A DNA stretch of 64,000 nucleotides from Nitrospirales bacterium (GCA_965223295.1 CBDCWC010000003.1:1632001-1696000); one strand, 5' to 3'. Shown: positions 1-10,167, counted from the stretch's first letter. A program made the numbers and translations. Notes: generated by a model from the letters alone, not told the origin.

Positions 1-8
1 TGGCGGGA

Positions 9-578
9 GTGGGCGTCATGTTAATTGGCCTGACAGAACTACGAACGGCTATGGGGTGGATGGCTTTAGCTTGGTCGCGATGGGTGTTACCAGTTTCATT
101 GGTAGGATTTGGTATTTTTCTGCTCATCTGGAGCGATCATGAAGCCTGGCCGATTGGTTCCTGGACCTTAGCCGAAACGCTCTCAGGCAAAGATCCAGAA
201 ATGCTGCAACACAAAATTTTTGGTCTCTTAGCGGTGAGTGTGGGATCGGTTGAATGGTTGCGGCGAGCGGGAAGGTTGTCTCAGTGGTTTTGGAGCGCGT
301 TGTTGCCAGGATTTGCGCTCATCGGTGGTCTGATGTTGTTTGTTCATATGCATGGCCCCCATCCTGCGGGCCATCAAATTCAAATGCACCACAATATTAT
401 GGGTTCGCTCGCATTAGCAGGAGGGTTAGCCGGGTTTGCAGGAGAATGGGTGCATCATGCAGCGCAATCCATATCTGCAACACCTCACCCTCAAAAATGT
501 CGGTCTTGCCTGAAAACCCTCTGGGCTATCGCAGTCATCACTATTGGGGTCCAGCTTCTCTTTTATTCCGAAACATAG
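9..578 (+). CDS. His-rich integral membrane protein, probably 5'-partial (possibly metal/copper-related)
   Basis: Several hydrophobic segments; His motifs QHKIFG and VHMHGPHPAGHQIQMHH; frame is open to the window edge. Confidence 0.6.
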   Translation: MGVMLIGLTELRTAMGWMALAWSRWVLPVSLVGFGIFLLIWSDHEAWPIGSWTLAETLSGKDPEMLQHKIFGLLAVSVGSVEWLRRAGRLSQWFWSALLPGFALIGGLMLFVHMHGPHPAGHQIQMHHNIMGSLALAGGLAGFAGEWVHHAAQSISATPHPQKCRSCLKTLWAIAVITIGVQLLFYSET

Positions 579-975
579 AGCTGTTTCTGTATTAGCTTTT
601 TCAGCGATGTTTGGCAGATCGAGACCTTTGGTTCCTCCTGGATCTATCAATGGCTCATCTTGCGGATTTCTTGCAACTAGAATTCATTTACAACTCCATT
701 TTTCTGCATGTCAGGTTTTAGGTCTGTTTTCCCGATAAGTTCGCCATAAGGTGTCGTTTCAAGTATTGACCTGACTTAGGGGAATATTGAAAACGGTGCA
801 CTCACTGCGTTCCCCCCAATGGTGAGGTGCTTACAGAAGTTCGCTCTGTGCGCCAAGAGGACTTTGGCTTTGTTGGCGAACTTTCTTGATCGACTAAGAA
901 GGAATGTTTTTCAGGCCTAATTAGGACAAAATTCAACAGGCTTATTTAGGAATACCGACAGAGAAGAGTAAAGCA

Positions 976-1455
976 ATGTACAAAAGTATGGCAGTGGAGG
1001 GGAAAACGGAAATTTCAAGAGTAGCTACCGTTGGAGGGCTCGGTGTGACGCTGGTCCTCGTGGTGGGAATGATGTTGCTAGTAGTGACCGGAGTTGTAGA
1101 AACTCTGGGCTATGAATCTCGGAATATTAACGGGAATGGACTCTCTAGTACAAACACGGGGAGTTCTTTTGGACTTAAATATTTTTATTTTAGCAAAGGT
1201 CAAAAATTCTTTGCGGAATATGATGCTGTCATTCAGAAAGGCTCACTCTTCGTTCATTTGACTAAACTTGGCAGTATGCCGACGGGTGATTCTCCGTACT
1301 CACAGAAAATTTTCAAAAGTGGGAAGGGTACAGTCACATTTCCTATCCAAGAAAATGGGTTGTATAAGATGAGCGTCAGTGGTTCTGTCTTGGGAGCAGA
1401 CTCCAGAGGACGTGGCTATGATATCTCCTATAGTATTCGATGGGGGGTTCGCTAA
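976..1455 (+). CDS. hypothetical protein with N-terminal membrane anchor
   Basis: 159-aa ORF with one hydrophobic stretch (LGVTLVLVVGMMLLVV) followed by a beta-rich soluble domain; purine-rich upstream sequence. Confidence 0.6.
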   Translation: MYKSMAVEGKTEISRVATVGGLGVTLVLVVGMMLLVVTGVVETLGYESRNINGNGLSSTNTGSSFGLKYFYFSKGQKFFAEYDAVIQKGSLFVHLTKLGSMPTGDSPYSQKIFKSGKGTVTFPIQENGLYKMSVSGSVLGADSRGRGYDISYSIRWGVR

Positions 1456-1974
1456 TTTTTCGTCGTATATTCCTAGCCGTTCCTAGCCGGACCAAATCGT
1501 CATACCTCTACGAACTTGTTAGCAGAGGTGGCTTGTGATGCTCTTGAAGCTCTTTGGCTTTTGAGGAGGGGATGCTGTGTCCAGAGTTTCAGGAACGGAT
1601 GGAGCACTGTCTTGTGCCTGGAGGGTAGCCAGCGCCTGGATCACGGGAAGGGCAGCTTTGAGGAGCATGTTGACAGTGGCTAGAGGAGCAGTCTGGCTCA
1701 GAAATACTACCTCCAGTTTGTTAGTAGATAGGCCAGTCTTGTGGGTCTGGCCTCTGAGGGTCCTGATAGGTCCCTGAGCTTGTGAATTGCCTTGTAAGAT
1801 CTGATGATGACGGGGAAGCCATCCAGAGCGCCCTTCTGGAATTTGTAGATCAGAGCACCATGTGAGTGTTGTCTGTAGGGAACAGGGTAGAATCGATGTC
1901 TGGCGAGACGGCATGGCCATAAGGCCATGCCGTCTCACCAGAAGGTTTAATCGTATGAAACTCGTGATATGCTA

Positions 1975-2172
1975 TTAGGCTAGGGGAGCGTTTTCTCGTG
2001 CGCTTTTTGCCTGCGCACCTAATGAGATAGACACCGTATCCTTGAGGTTTTGTACGGCATCAATAGATGGCGCCGGTGCTTTGCCTTTCGTGGAAAGGGT
2101 AGAAGCATCAATAAGAGGCAATGAGAGTTGAGCGATCGCATTTGCAGCATTGAGGACACCAATTTGTGACAT
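1975..2172 (-). CDS. small hypothetical protein
   Basis: MSQIGVLNAA...DTVSISLGAQ; ATG at 2172 preceded by AAGGAA; DTVSIS-type motif. Confidence 0.4.
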   Translation of the reverse strand: MSQIGVLNAANAIAQLSLPLIDASTLSTKGKAPAPSIDAVQNLKDTVSISLGAQAKSARENAPLA

Positions 2173-2439
2173 AGAGCGATTCCTTGTGATGATGAAAGGT
2201 TGATGGGACACGACCCAAGTGCTGTGCTGTAGAGAACTATCGGAAGGTGTTGTGGTAACTTGATCGTTCAAACTATTCGTCTTGAGAAAAGAGCAGAGAA
2301 CGTGCAATGACGAGCAATAATCGAAAGAGAAAAGTCAGATTACTTTCCAACAAAGATTGAGATGATGGTATGACTAGAATCGTTCTAGTCCTAGAAAAGA
2401 GATTAGGAGAAATAGCACTCAGGGCTTTCCTCCTACTGA

Positions 2440-2990
2440 CTGCTGATCGCGTTGAGAATTATGATAGAGACCGCCAGTGGAGCAATATAACGACGAGAGC
2501 TTGTTAGGAATAATAGATCGTGATGTTGGCGATTTAGCGTTCAGCTCGGGTGCTTCCCGCCGGTACAAGTCAATCGGCAAAAACGATAATAAGAATATTG
2601 CCGAAGGGCAGCACAAGATTTGACGTCATGAGATCAAGCAGATCAAAAAACGCGAGTCACAAAAATGTGACATCAGCCCAGAGATTAAATGACTAGATCG
2701 TGGCAAATCCTAATAGCCATGTATGGGCGTGTTGAATAATGAAGATATCAAAAGCCATATTTCGCCATGAAGCCCTTGGCGATCAACAACCTCGGGTCTG
2801 TTCAAAAAAGTCCGTTCAGCAAGGCCACAGTCATTTTTGCGCGCGGAGCGTCCTCGCACGACGTGAGCACGGAAAAATGGCGAGAACGCTGCTGGCGGCT
2901 TTTTTCAACAGACCCATGTATCTAATCTGGGGTAGACCGACACGGTCACATGCAGGGGGCAGCAGATTTCGGTGATCGGGAATGTCGAAA
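2440..2990 (-). pseudogene. degenerate remnant of an NSS-family sodium-dependent transporter, interrupted by a MITE
   Basis: Minus strand reads TWLLGFATI*SFNLWADVTFL*LAFFDLLDLMTSNLVLPFGNILIIVFAD*, which aligns to TWMLGLGTVWSFNLWADVKFFGLTFFDLLDFITSNLMLPLGGILIAIFAGW of the intact gene at 5084-6448. In-frame stops at 2693-2695 and 2657-2659. Boundaries approximate. Confidence 0.85.
2725..2915 (+). mobile_element. MITE-like repeat, copy A
   Basis: Ends GGGCGTGTTGAATAA / TTTTTCAACAGACCC; flanked by ATGTAT on both sides (2719-2724, 2916-2921); internal end GGGTCTGTTCAAAAAAG at 2794. Confidence 0.85.
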
Positions 2991-3001
2991 GGCCTTTTTT
3001 G

Positions 3002-3402
3002 TGTGGGTAGGCTACTGAGAAACTGGCAGAAATTCGAGAGTTAAACTTTGGGCTATCAAGTGTAAGCGGGGCTGGCATAGATATAGGCGGCCTCTTTATT
3101 GTGTCATTGGAGCCAATCCCAATTGGACAATAGCAGTGCTCTCAGTTGGAGCAGGATGACTCAATTTAATGGTGGGCGCCTTTTGGTCTTTTGCAACTAA
3201 CCTATCTAAACTCCATGCTAGTTTTTTGAGCTCGTGAGCACTGAGACGAGCCTTAGTGGGCCTCCTTCCCCTTACTACTTGGTTAGCCAATCAACGCGGC
3301 TGGACTGTCGTACTCGAGACTACAGCCGTCGTTGCCTTCTTTGGTGGGGTGTTGTGGTTGTGGATTCGACCCGAGAGTGGACTAAATAAAACAGGGGCAT
3401 GA
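3002..3402 (+). pseudogene. C-terminal remnant of an MFS (ACS-like) transporter
   Basis: Reads G*ATEKLAE... then, after a frameshift near 3108, IAVLSVGAG*LNLMVGAFWSFATNLSKLHASFLSS*...TWLANQRGWTVVLETTAVVAFFGGVLWLWIRPE. This matches the pattern of the final MFS helices, with internal stops. Confidence 0.6.
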
Positions 3403-3574
3403 CTGGTCAATCGAAATCTCATTCAGAGACATGAAAAGAGCGCAGAGCATCAATAGTACAAACTCACCCTAATGAATCTTCCCCATTTTCAAAAGAAGTT
3501 TTTCTCGTTACCCTCTCTTTCTTTGTTTTTATATTCATACTGCTCCCTCATAACATTTTATTCTTACTAGCGAC

Positions 3575-4684
3575 ATGCATGGACAGGACCCAAAGTCCTT
3601 AGCGGTTGATATGCCTATGGCATACATGCCTCAACTCGATAGCTTGAGGGCATTGGCTGCTTTAGGAGTTTTTATGCAACATTTCTTGGATGAGCAGAAT
3701 CTTTTTCGATCTACCGTCCCCCTTGGAGATTTAGGTGTCCGCTTATTCTTTGTTCTAAGCGGATTTCTCATTACCGGAATCCTTCTTCAGGGTCGCGACA
3801 AGATTGAACATTCTGTCAAACCATCAAAAACGATCATTTTTCATTTTTTCATTCGACGTGCAATGCGGCTTATGCCCATTTATTATCTCGTTCTCATTAT
3901 ACTCATATTTTCCCTTGTACCCGATTCCTTTTCCCAACCATGGTGGTTCCTCACGTATCTTCAAAATATCCACTTTGCGCTTCAAGATGGGTTTACAACC
4001 GCAAAACATTTCTGGACTCTAGCGGTCGAAGAGCAGTTTTATCTTTTTTGGCCACTGGTTATATTGTTTGTGCCCAGGGCTTTTCTCTTTTATGCCGTGT
4101 TACTCGCTGTCCTGATGGGCCCACTTTTCCGGCTGCTGATGCTCGGATTTGGGCTTACTCATTTTCAAGGAAGTATGTTAATGCCATCACATTTGGACAC
4201 CTTAGGAATTGGTGGCCTCTTGGCCATCCTGTCTAGAAAAGTCGAGCTAGATAGACTCCAGTTTCACAAAACACTCAACTTCAGTTTTGTTGCAGGTATG
4301 CTCATCCTAAGTCTTGTATTCGTTTCCAAAATGCTTAATGCCTCCTCCTCTATTGAATTCGTTCTTGGTGAACTAGGAGCGGGTTTACTTTTTCTCTGGG
4401 TGATAGGAAGAGCAGCAGAAGGATTTGTTGGACCAGTAGGATTCTTACTCAATCAACCAATCCTGATATATCTTGGGTGTATTAGTTATGGGATGTACAT
4501 CAATCATTTGTTTGTTCCAGACTTGCTTCACCATATTGGCTTGATGGCTCTCATACCTGAGATCGTAAATATCGAGTGGGTACGCTTTCTCCTCTTTAGC
4601 AGTGTTTCCATTCTAATAGCCACGGGCTCCTGGTATATCATCGAAAAACCCATAAATGGCTTGAAGCGCTACTTTCCATTATAA
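3575..4684 (+). CDS. acyltransferase family 3 (OafA/YrhL-like) membrane O-acyltransferase
   Basis: Motifs LDSLRALA, GVRLFFVLSGFLIT, FFIRRAMRLMP, HFWTLAVEEQFY, ISYGMYINH, SWYIIEKP. Confidence 0.92.
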   Translation: MHGQDPKSLAVDMPMAYMPQLDSLRALAALGVFMQHFLDEQNLFRSTVPLGDLGVRLFFVLSGFLITGILLQGRDKIEHSVKPSKTIIFHFFIRRAMRLMPIYYLVLIILIFSLVPDSFSQPWWFLTYLQNIHFALQDGFTTAKHFWTLAVEEQFYLFWPLVILFVPRAFLFYAVLLAVLMGPLFRLLMLGFGLTHFQGSMLMPSHLDTLGIGGLLAILSRKVELDRLQFHKTLNFSFVAGMLILSLVFVSKMLNASSSIEFVLGELGAGLLFLWVIGRAAEGFVGPVGFLLNQPILIYLGCISYGMYINHLFVPDLLHHIGLMALIPEIVNIEWVRFLLFSSVSILIATGSWYIIEKPINGLKRYFPL

Positions 4685-4755
4685 AACTGACAACACTCGA
4701 TATTTGACAACACCTCTCCTACCTTTTCGACTTGCTGAAACATTGCTTGAATTTC

Positions 4756-4904
4756 TTAAGGGCCCCTCTAAAAACCAGGATTTTTGTGCGAGGGCAAGGA
4801 AGCCACGCGCGGAAAACCGCAGTGTATGGGCCGATACATGAGGATTTGAGCATGTGGCTGACACCGCCATCGCGGAAAAGGACGGTTTTTAGAGGGGCCC
4901 TTAA
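4756..4904. repeat. palindromic MITE / RPE-like element with perfect 21-bp terminal inverted repeats
   Basis: TTAAGGGCCCCTCTAAAAACC (4756-4776) is the exact reverse complement of 4884-4904; sits between convergent genes. Confidence 0.85.
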
Positions 4905-5083
4905 ATTAATCATGTCAATGCCTTCGGGTCTTTTTCGTCTTTGTGGGAGTGGGGGCTGGGGAACGGGGCAAGAGGATCTGTCGGCTCAAGGATCTGAATT
5001 GGAAGCCAGGGGTGGAGACGAGGTCGTTTGTCAGGACGCGTCGAGATGGGCAGGGTCTCAAAGCTGCATCAGAGGTAGGTGAG

Positions 5084-6448
5084 TTACAGAATCCCGATGG
5101 CGTTGAGAAGGACGATAAAGACGGCCACGGGAGCAATATAGCGAACGAGGGCTTGCCATGTGGCATAAAGGGTGGGGTTGGTTATGTGGAGTTCGGCTTT
5201 TGTGCTTTCTGCGGTCATGAGCCAGCCGGCAAAGATGGCAATGAGGATGCCGCCTAGAGGGAGCATGAGATTCGACGTGATGAAATCCAGCAGATCAAAA
5301 AACGTCAATCCAAAAAATTTTACATCAGCCCAAAGATTAAATGACCAAACCGTACCGAGTCCTAACATCCACGTGGCAATGCCTGAATAGACCGATGCGG
5401 ACATACGTGAGAGGTGAAAGGTTTCAATCAACCAGGTGACGAAGGGTTCAATGAGAGAAATGGATGAAGTCCAGGCGGCTACCAGCAACAGGATAAAGAA
5501 GAGTGAGCCAAATATTGTTCCACCGGTCATATTGCCGAAGGCCACCGGCAAGGTTTGAAAAATCAACCCAGGTCCTGACGAGGGCTCCAGATTATTAGCA
5601 AAGACGATGGGGAAGATGGCCATGCCGGCGAGCAAGGCAACTCCGGTATCCGCGATGGCAATCATGACAGATGTGCTGGCAATGGACGTTTCTTTCGGGA
5701 CATAGGATCCGTAAATCATGATCGTGCCCATACCTAAACTCAGGCTGAAAAAGGCTTGGCCCATGGCCGAGAGCATGCTGGCGCCTGTGAGTTTGCTAAA
5801 GTCTGGAGTAAAGAGAAACGCCAGGCCATTCCCGAAATAGCCTGTCGTCATGCTGTATCCCACCATGAGGAGCAGGAGAAAAAACAGCATAGGCATGAGG
5901 AACTGCACGGCTTTTTCTAGGCCGCCTTGCACTCCGCCCGCGACAATGCTCATGGTAATCATCATAAAAACCGTGTGCCAAATGAAAAGGCTGCTCGCGT
6001 TCCCAACGAATGTCTCGAACGTTGACGCGGCAAATTCGCCAGTGGCGCCGCTAAATGTTCCGGTTATGGATTTAAAAATGTATGCCAGGGTCCAGCCTCC
6101 GATGACGCTGTAATAAGAAAGGATCATGACGCCTGCGATGGTGCCGGCCCAACCAATAATTTGCCACCATTGCCCTGCGTTATTTTCCGTGGCCAAAATC
6201 TGCATTGACCGAATGGGCGTGGATCGGCCACGGCGCCCCAGGAGAATTTCCGCCATCATGAGCGGAATACCTAATGCCGCGACACAGATGATATAAACCA
6301 AGACAAATGCGCTGCCGCCGTTTTGTCCGGTCAAATAGGGAAATTTCCAAATATTGCCTAAGCCCACGGCGGCGCCGGTGGCGGCCAGAATAAAGGTCCA
6401 ACGGGAGGACCATTGGCCATGCATAGATTGACGATCAGGAATGTTCAT
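5084..6448 (-). CDS. NSS/SNF family sodium-dependent transporter
   Basis: Motifs GAAVGLGNIWKFPY, GQAFFSLSLGMG, GPGLIFQTLP. Confidence 0.95.
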   Translation of the reverse strand: MNIPDRQSMHGQWSSRWTFILAATGAAVGLGNIWKFPYLTGQNGGSAFVLVYIICVAALGIPLMMAEILLGRRGRSTPIRSMQILATENNAGQWWQIIGWAGTIAGVMILSYYSVIGGWTLAYIFKSITGTFSGATGEFAASTFETFVGNASSLFIWHTVFMMITMSIVAGGVQGGLEKAVQFLMPMLFFLLLLMVGYSMTTGYFGNGLAFLFTPDFSKLTGASMLSAMGQAFFSLSLGMGTIMIYGSYVPKETSIASTSVMIAIADTGVALLAGMAIFPIVFANNLEPSSGPGLIFQTLPVAFGNMTGGTIFGSLFFILLLVAAWTSSISLIEPFVTWLIETFHLSRMSASVYSGIATWMLGLGTVWSFNLWADVKFFGLTFFDLLDFITSNLMLPLGGILIAIFAGWLMTAESTKAELHITNPTLYATWQALVRYIAPVAVFIVLLNAIGIL

Positions 6449-6623
6449 GAAAGTGGAGAGAAATCCGTAAGGGTTAGAAGAGTGTAATCAAGGAGCCCTC
6501 AACGTTTCAAGGCTTTTTCATCTAGCCATCGGTTGAAGAGAAATTGAACTTGAGATGTATGCCTTGCTCTGTCTATAGTGCAGGCCTTCTTTTCTCTGCG
6601 TAAAATTGGGGACGACGTAGCCT

Positions 6624-8114
6624 ATGAGCGAGGAACAACGAGATCGACAAGTGATTGCGCTGGCGCCGATGCCGCCGGAGAAGTCAGCCTATGCGTTAGC
6701 GCGGTATAGCCGGTCGCCGGATTCAATCGAAGAAAGTTTGAAGTGGGTACATGCGCATTCGTCAGAAAAATTTTGGGAACAGTTTTATTTCGCATACGGA
6801 CATGGATCAATTGCCGATCTGGGGCATGTGACGATTTGTTTTGAAAATATTTCCGAGTTGGCTGCCATTCGCTTGGAAGATGAACCCTTATGGGATGGCC
6901 AAGCCAAATCCAGCCGGTATCAAAACTTTGCCGCTGCAGGCTGCTATGTGCCGGGTGAAATTGCGAATAGTGAAACGGAAGCGGTGTACCGGGGGATTTT
7001 AGGCAGCCTCTATAATATTTATCGACTGTTAAAAGAGCCGCTTCAGCAGCATTTAACGGAGCGCTATCCTCGTCCAGATAGCATGAAATCAGGGGATTAC
7101 GACCGGACGATTGGCGCTCGGACCTATGATGTCATTCGCTATTTACTGCCGTTGGCTGCCAAGACTAATGTGGGACAGGTGGTGAGTATTCGCACATTGG
7201 AAAAGCAAATGACCCGATTGCTATCGTCGCAACTTCCTGAATTATTAGGCATTGGGGAGGACCTGAAGGACGCCTGTGCCCGTAAGCCTTCAAGCGTCTG
7301 GGCAGATTTACAGGAGGAATCCTCTGCTCAACTTGAATCGATGGCTCCGACATTGGCGCGCTATGCAGCTTCCAATAACTATCAAAGTGCGGTGTATCGC
7401 GATGTGCTTCGCCAAGTGAAGGGGATGCTGAAAAAATCTGGACTGGATGATCCTCAATCATGGAAGGGCCATACGCAATCTGTCGATCTGCTTGAACCTC
7501 ATGCGCCGTTGGACGAATTGGTGACCACGTTTGTCTATCGCGTGAGTCAGGCACCATATCGGGTGCTCTTGGAATGGGTGAAAGATTGGTCGGAAAAAGA
7601 GAAACAGGCAGTGGTCGACGCAGCGATCAAAAGCCGGGGGCCGTATGATGACCTGGCCAAGGAATTCCGGTCAGGCTATGCCTTTATTTTTGATGTGTTG
7701 ATGGATATAGGCGGCTGGAGGGATATGCATCGACATCGGCGGTGCCAGCAAGTGCAACAAAATTTCACGACGATCCATGGTTATGATATTCCTCCTCAGT
7801 TATCTGTGGCAGGGGTCGAGAAAGAATATCGGCTCGCCATGGATGCCGTGCAGCAAGATATTGAGCGGTTGCGAACTGAGAATCAAGAAGCCGCTTTGTA
7901 TGCGATTCCTTTTGGGTTTCGAGTTCGTTGTTTGTTTAAGATGGATTTTGCTGAGGTGGAGTATATTTCCAAATTGCGTTCAGGAGTCAAAGGGCATTGG
8001 TCGTATCGCACCGTCGCTTGGGAAATGAAACAACAAATGCTCCATCGTCATCCGTATCTTGGGAGTTTAATCGAGGCTACCTCCCCTGATATTGAAGACA
8101 CTCTGACTCGATAA
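6624..8114 (+). CDS. thyX: FAD-dependent thymidylate synthase, tandem two-domain form
   Basis: LARYSRS, YGHGSIA and QAKSSRY in the N-half; RDMHRHRR in the C-half; 496 aa. Confidence 0.8.
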   Translation: MSEEQRDRQVIALAPMPPEKSAYALARYSRSPDSIEESLKWVHAHSSEKFWEQFYFAYGHGSIADLGHVTICFENISELAAIRLEDEPLWDGQAKSSRYQNFAAAGCYVPGEIANSETEAVYRGILGSLYNIYRLLKEPLQQHLTERYPRPDSMKSGDYDRTIGARTYDVIRYLLPLAAKTNVGQVVSIRTLEKQMTRLLSSQLPELLGIGEDLKDACARKPSSVWADLQEESSAQLESMAPTLARYAASNNYQSAVYRDVLRQVKGMLKKSGLDDPQSWKGHTQSVDLLEPHAPLDELVTTFVYRVSQAPYRVLLEWVKDWSEKEKQAVVDAAIKSRGPYDDLAKEFRSGYAFIFDVLMDIGGWRDMHRHRRCQQVQQNFTTIHGYDIPPQLSVAGVEKEYRLAMDAVQQDIERLRTENQEAALYAIPFGFRVRCLFKMDFAEVEYISKLRSGVKGHWSYRTVAWEMKQQMLHRHPYLGSLIEATSPDIEDTLTR

Positions 8115-8142
8115 TGTATGCCGAGAAGATTGGAATGTTCTT

Positions 8143-9162
8143 GTGACGTCTCATAATCAATCGAAGATCGAATCAGCCATCTCGGGAGGACAATGGGATG
8201 TGGTGTATGATGAGGCCTCTCGTTGGTCAAAACAAAACGATTGCGGGCCCTTGCCGTTTTTTGCGTTGAATGTTGTCTGTTTATTGCGAGGGGATTTTGC
8301 TCAAGCCTGGAGAGCTTATTCTCAAGCTCTGGGTGATGAGGTGCAGTCCCAGCATGTTCGAGAATGGGTTAAGCGTCTGAGAGAGCAGCATGCTGATTCA
8401 CCTCACCTTGCGTTATTTGAAGGGATTTTTCATACACAATCAGGCCTCTTGGATGATGCCTTCGCCTGTTTTCAGCGAGCGGTCACGCTGGCGCCTCAGT
8501 CTCCGTACCCGCATTTTTTTCTGGCTCAAATTTATCAACGGCAAGGACGTATGGATCAAACCATCAAAGCATTCAAAGAGGTCATTAAGCGAGATCCTTC
8601 GTATGTGGCTGCGCGGCTTAAGCTTGGTGTGGTGTATCAGGAACAAGGTCAATTGGAGATGGCTATTCCTCACTATCGGGAAGTCTTAAGACTTCGTCCT
8701 GATGAGGCTGTCGGGCATACCAATTTAGCCTGTGCGCTTGCTGAACAGGGCAAATTAGATCCGGCAATTCAAGAATACAAAAAAGCTGTTGCCCTGAATC
8801 CGGATGATGAAGAAATCCTTTTTGCGTTAGGTGGAGTCTATGAACAGAAAGGCCGGGTCGATCTAGCCAAACGTCAGTATGAGGAAGCGCTAAGGGTTAA
8901 TCCTCATTTTGCTCCTGCTGCGACGGCTATCGGCTGGTTTCTCTATGAAAAAGGGCAAAATGACTTTGCCATGGACTATTTTAGTAAAGCCTTGGTGGCG
9001 AATCCTGAAGATGCCTACGCGACCTTTGGGGTGGGACGTATTTATGAAGAAAAGCGCAAGCCGGAATTAGCGGTTGAGCATTACCAGAAAGCCTTGTCTT
9101 TGGAAAAAGACCCTGATCGAAAAATGCGCATCATTAATTTTATGGATAAGTTATTTGGGTAG
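8143..9162 (+). CDS. tetratricopeptide repeat protein
   Basis: Serial 34-aa TPR pattern (LGVVYQEQGQLEMAIPHYREVLRLRP and similar). Confidence 0.9.
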   Translation: MTSHNQSKIESAISGGQWDVVYDEASRWSKQNDCGPLPFFALNVVCLLRGDFAQAWRAYSQALGDEVQSQHVREWVKRLREQHADSPHLALFEGIFHTQSGLLDDAFACFQRAVTLAPQSPYPHFFLAQIYQRQGRMDQTIKAFKEVIKRDPSYVAARLKLGVVYQEQGQLEMAIPHYREVLRLRPDEAVGHTNLACALAEQGKLDPAIQEYKKAVALNPDDEEILFALGGVYEQKGRVDLAKRQYEEALRVNPHFAPAATAIGWFLYEKGQNDFAMDYFSKALVANPEDAYATFGVGRIYEEKRKPELAVEHYQKALSLEKDPDRKMRIINFMDKLFG

Positions 9163-9258
9163 ATAGACTAGAGGTGCCCTAGAGTCAGCTCTTACATCCA
9201 CGGCGTTTACTAAGCTACCTACCCCAATTTACCATCCATCTTGATAGCGCAACGAGGC

Positions 9259-9954
9259 TTATTCAGGAGTTTTTAACGCTTCCGCTTCTTGTCCTTCTAC
9301 AACGGGCTTGAGATAAATTTCCACTCGGCGATTGAGGCTTCGGCCCTCAGCCGTTCCATTGTTCGCTCGTGGTTGTGCCTCTCCACGACCTTCTGCATGT
9401 AAGCGAGTCAGATGAACTCCCGATGTATTGAGATGGCTTGCCACTGACGAAGCACGTTTTTCAGATAATTCCTGATTATAAGTATCACTTCCTTGCGCAT
9501 CTGTATGGCCAATCACATGCACGATAGTGCTGTCGTATTGGGTTAAGACATTGCCGAGTTTCGTGAGAGCGGTTTGAAAACCGGGCTTGACGGTTGTGCT
9601 GTTCGTGGCAAAGGTCGATTCCCCTTTCAGATCCACTTCTAGTCCATTGTCGGGAAGCTTCCGGAGTTCCACGTCGTGCTGGGCCAATTCTTCGGCCAAC
9701 GCTTTTTCTATATCCTTGGCCTGTTTGTCCATATAGAGGCCCACGCCTCCTCCTGCTAGAATGCCGACCGCTGCTCCAATAGCCGCTCCACGTGCGCGTT
9801 TTTTCTTATCAATAGCCGCGCCAGCACCAGCTCCCACAACTCCGCCTATAGCCGACCCAATTTTTGTGTTCCGATACGGGTCGTTTTCTGCACAGCCAGA
9901 GAACATTATCGACAATCCCAAAAGGAAAATAGGTAGTTGTAAGTACTTCCTCAT
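9259..9954 (-). CDS. OmpA-family lipoprotein with glycine zipper
   Basis: Lipobox FSGC; Gly-zipper; OmpA motifs GHTD, NQELSEKRA, NRRVEI. Start placed at MRKYLQ (9954). Confidence 0.92.
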   Translation of the reverse strand: MRKYLQLPIFLLGLSIMFSGCAENDPYRNTKIGSAIGGVVGAGAGAAIDKKKRARGAAIGAAVGILAGGGVGLYMDKQAKDIEKALAEELAQHDVELRKLPDNGLEVDLKGESTFATNSTTVKPGFQTALTKLGNVLTQYDSTIVHVIGHTDAQGSDTYNQELSEKRASSVASHLNTSGVHLTRLHAEGRGEAQPRANNGTAEGRSLNRRVEIYLKPVVEGQEAEALKTPE

Positions 9955-10167
9955 CGTTTCATCCTTTCCCAAAGTCTGTGTGATAATAATTTTTGTCAGA
10001 AAAAGGTTCATGTGCTTGTCCTTCATTGAACCAGCGACGTGGATGCATCCTTCTTCGCTTTCCACGAGCTGTAAAAAATCAGCTGACGAGTATTCTGAAG
10101 AACACCTATGGGTCCTTCATTTTTACGCATCGGTTTTTGGGAATGGAAACCTGAGTAAATCTGTTAA

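Noticed and set aside
1470-1489. Tandem 10-bp repeat TTCCTAGCCG x2
   Set aside because: Only two units with no spacers; most likely a slippage duplication and not a CRISPR.
1519-1938. 139-aa minus-strand ORF
   Set aside because: No recognisable motif and competing overlapping ORFs; cannot support it as a gene.
2739-2975. Short ORFs over the repeats (also 4732-5082, 38271-38670)
   Set aside because: They are translations of MITE sequence, not independent genes.
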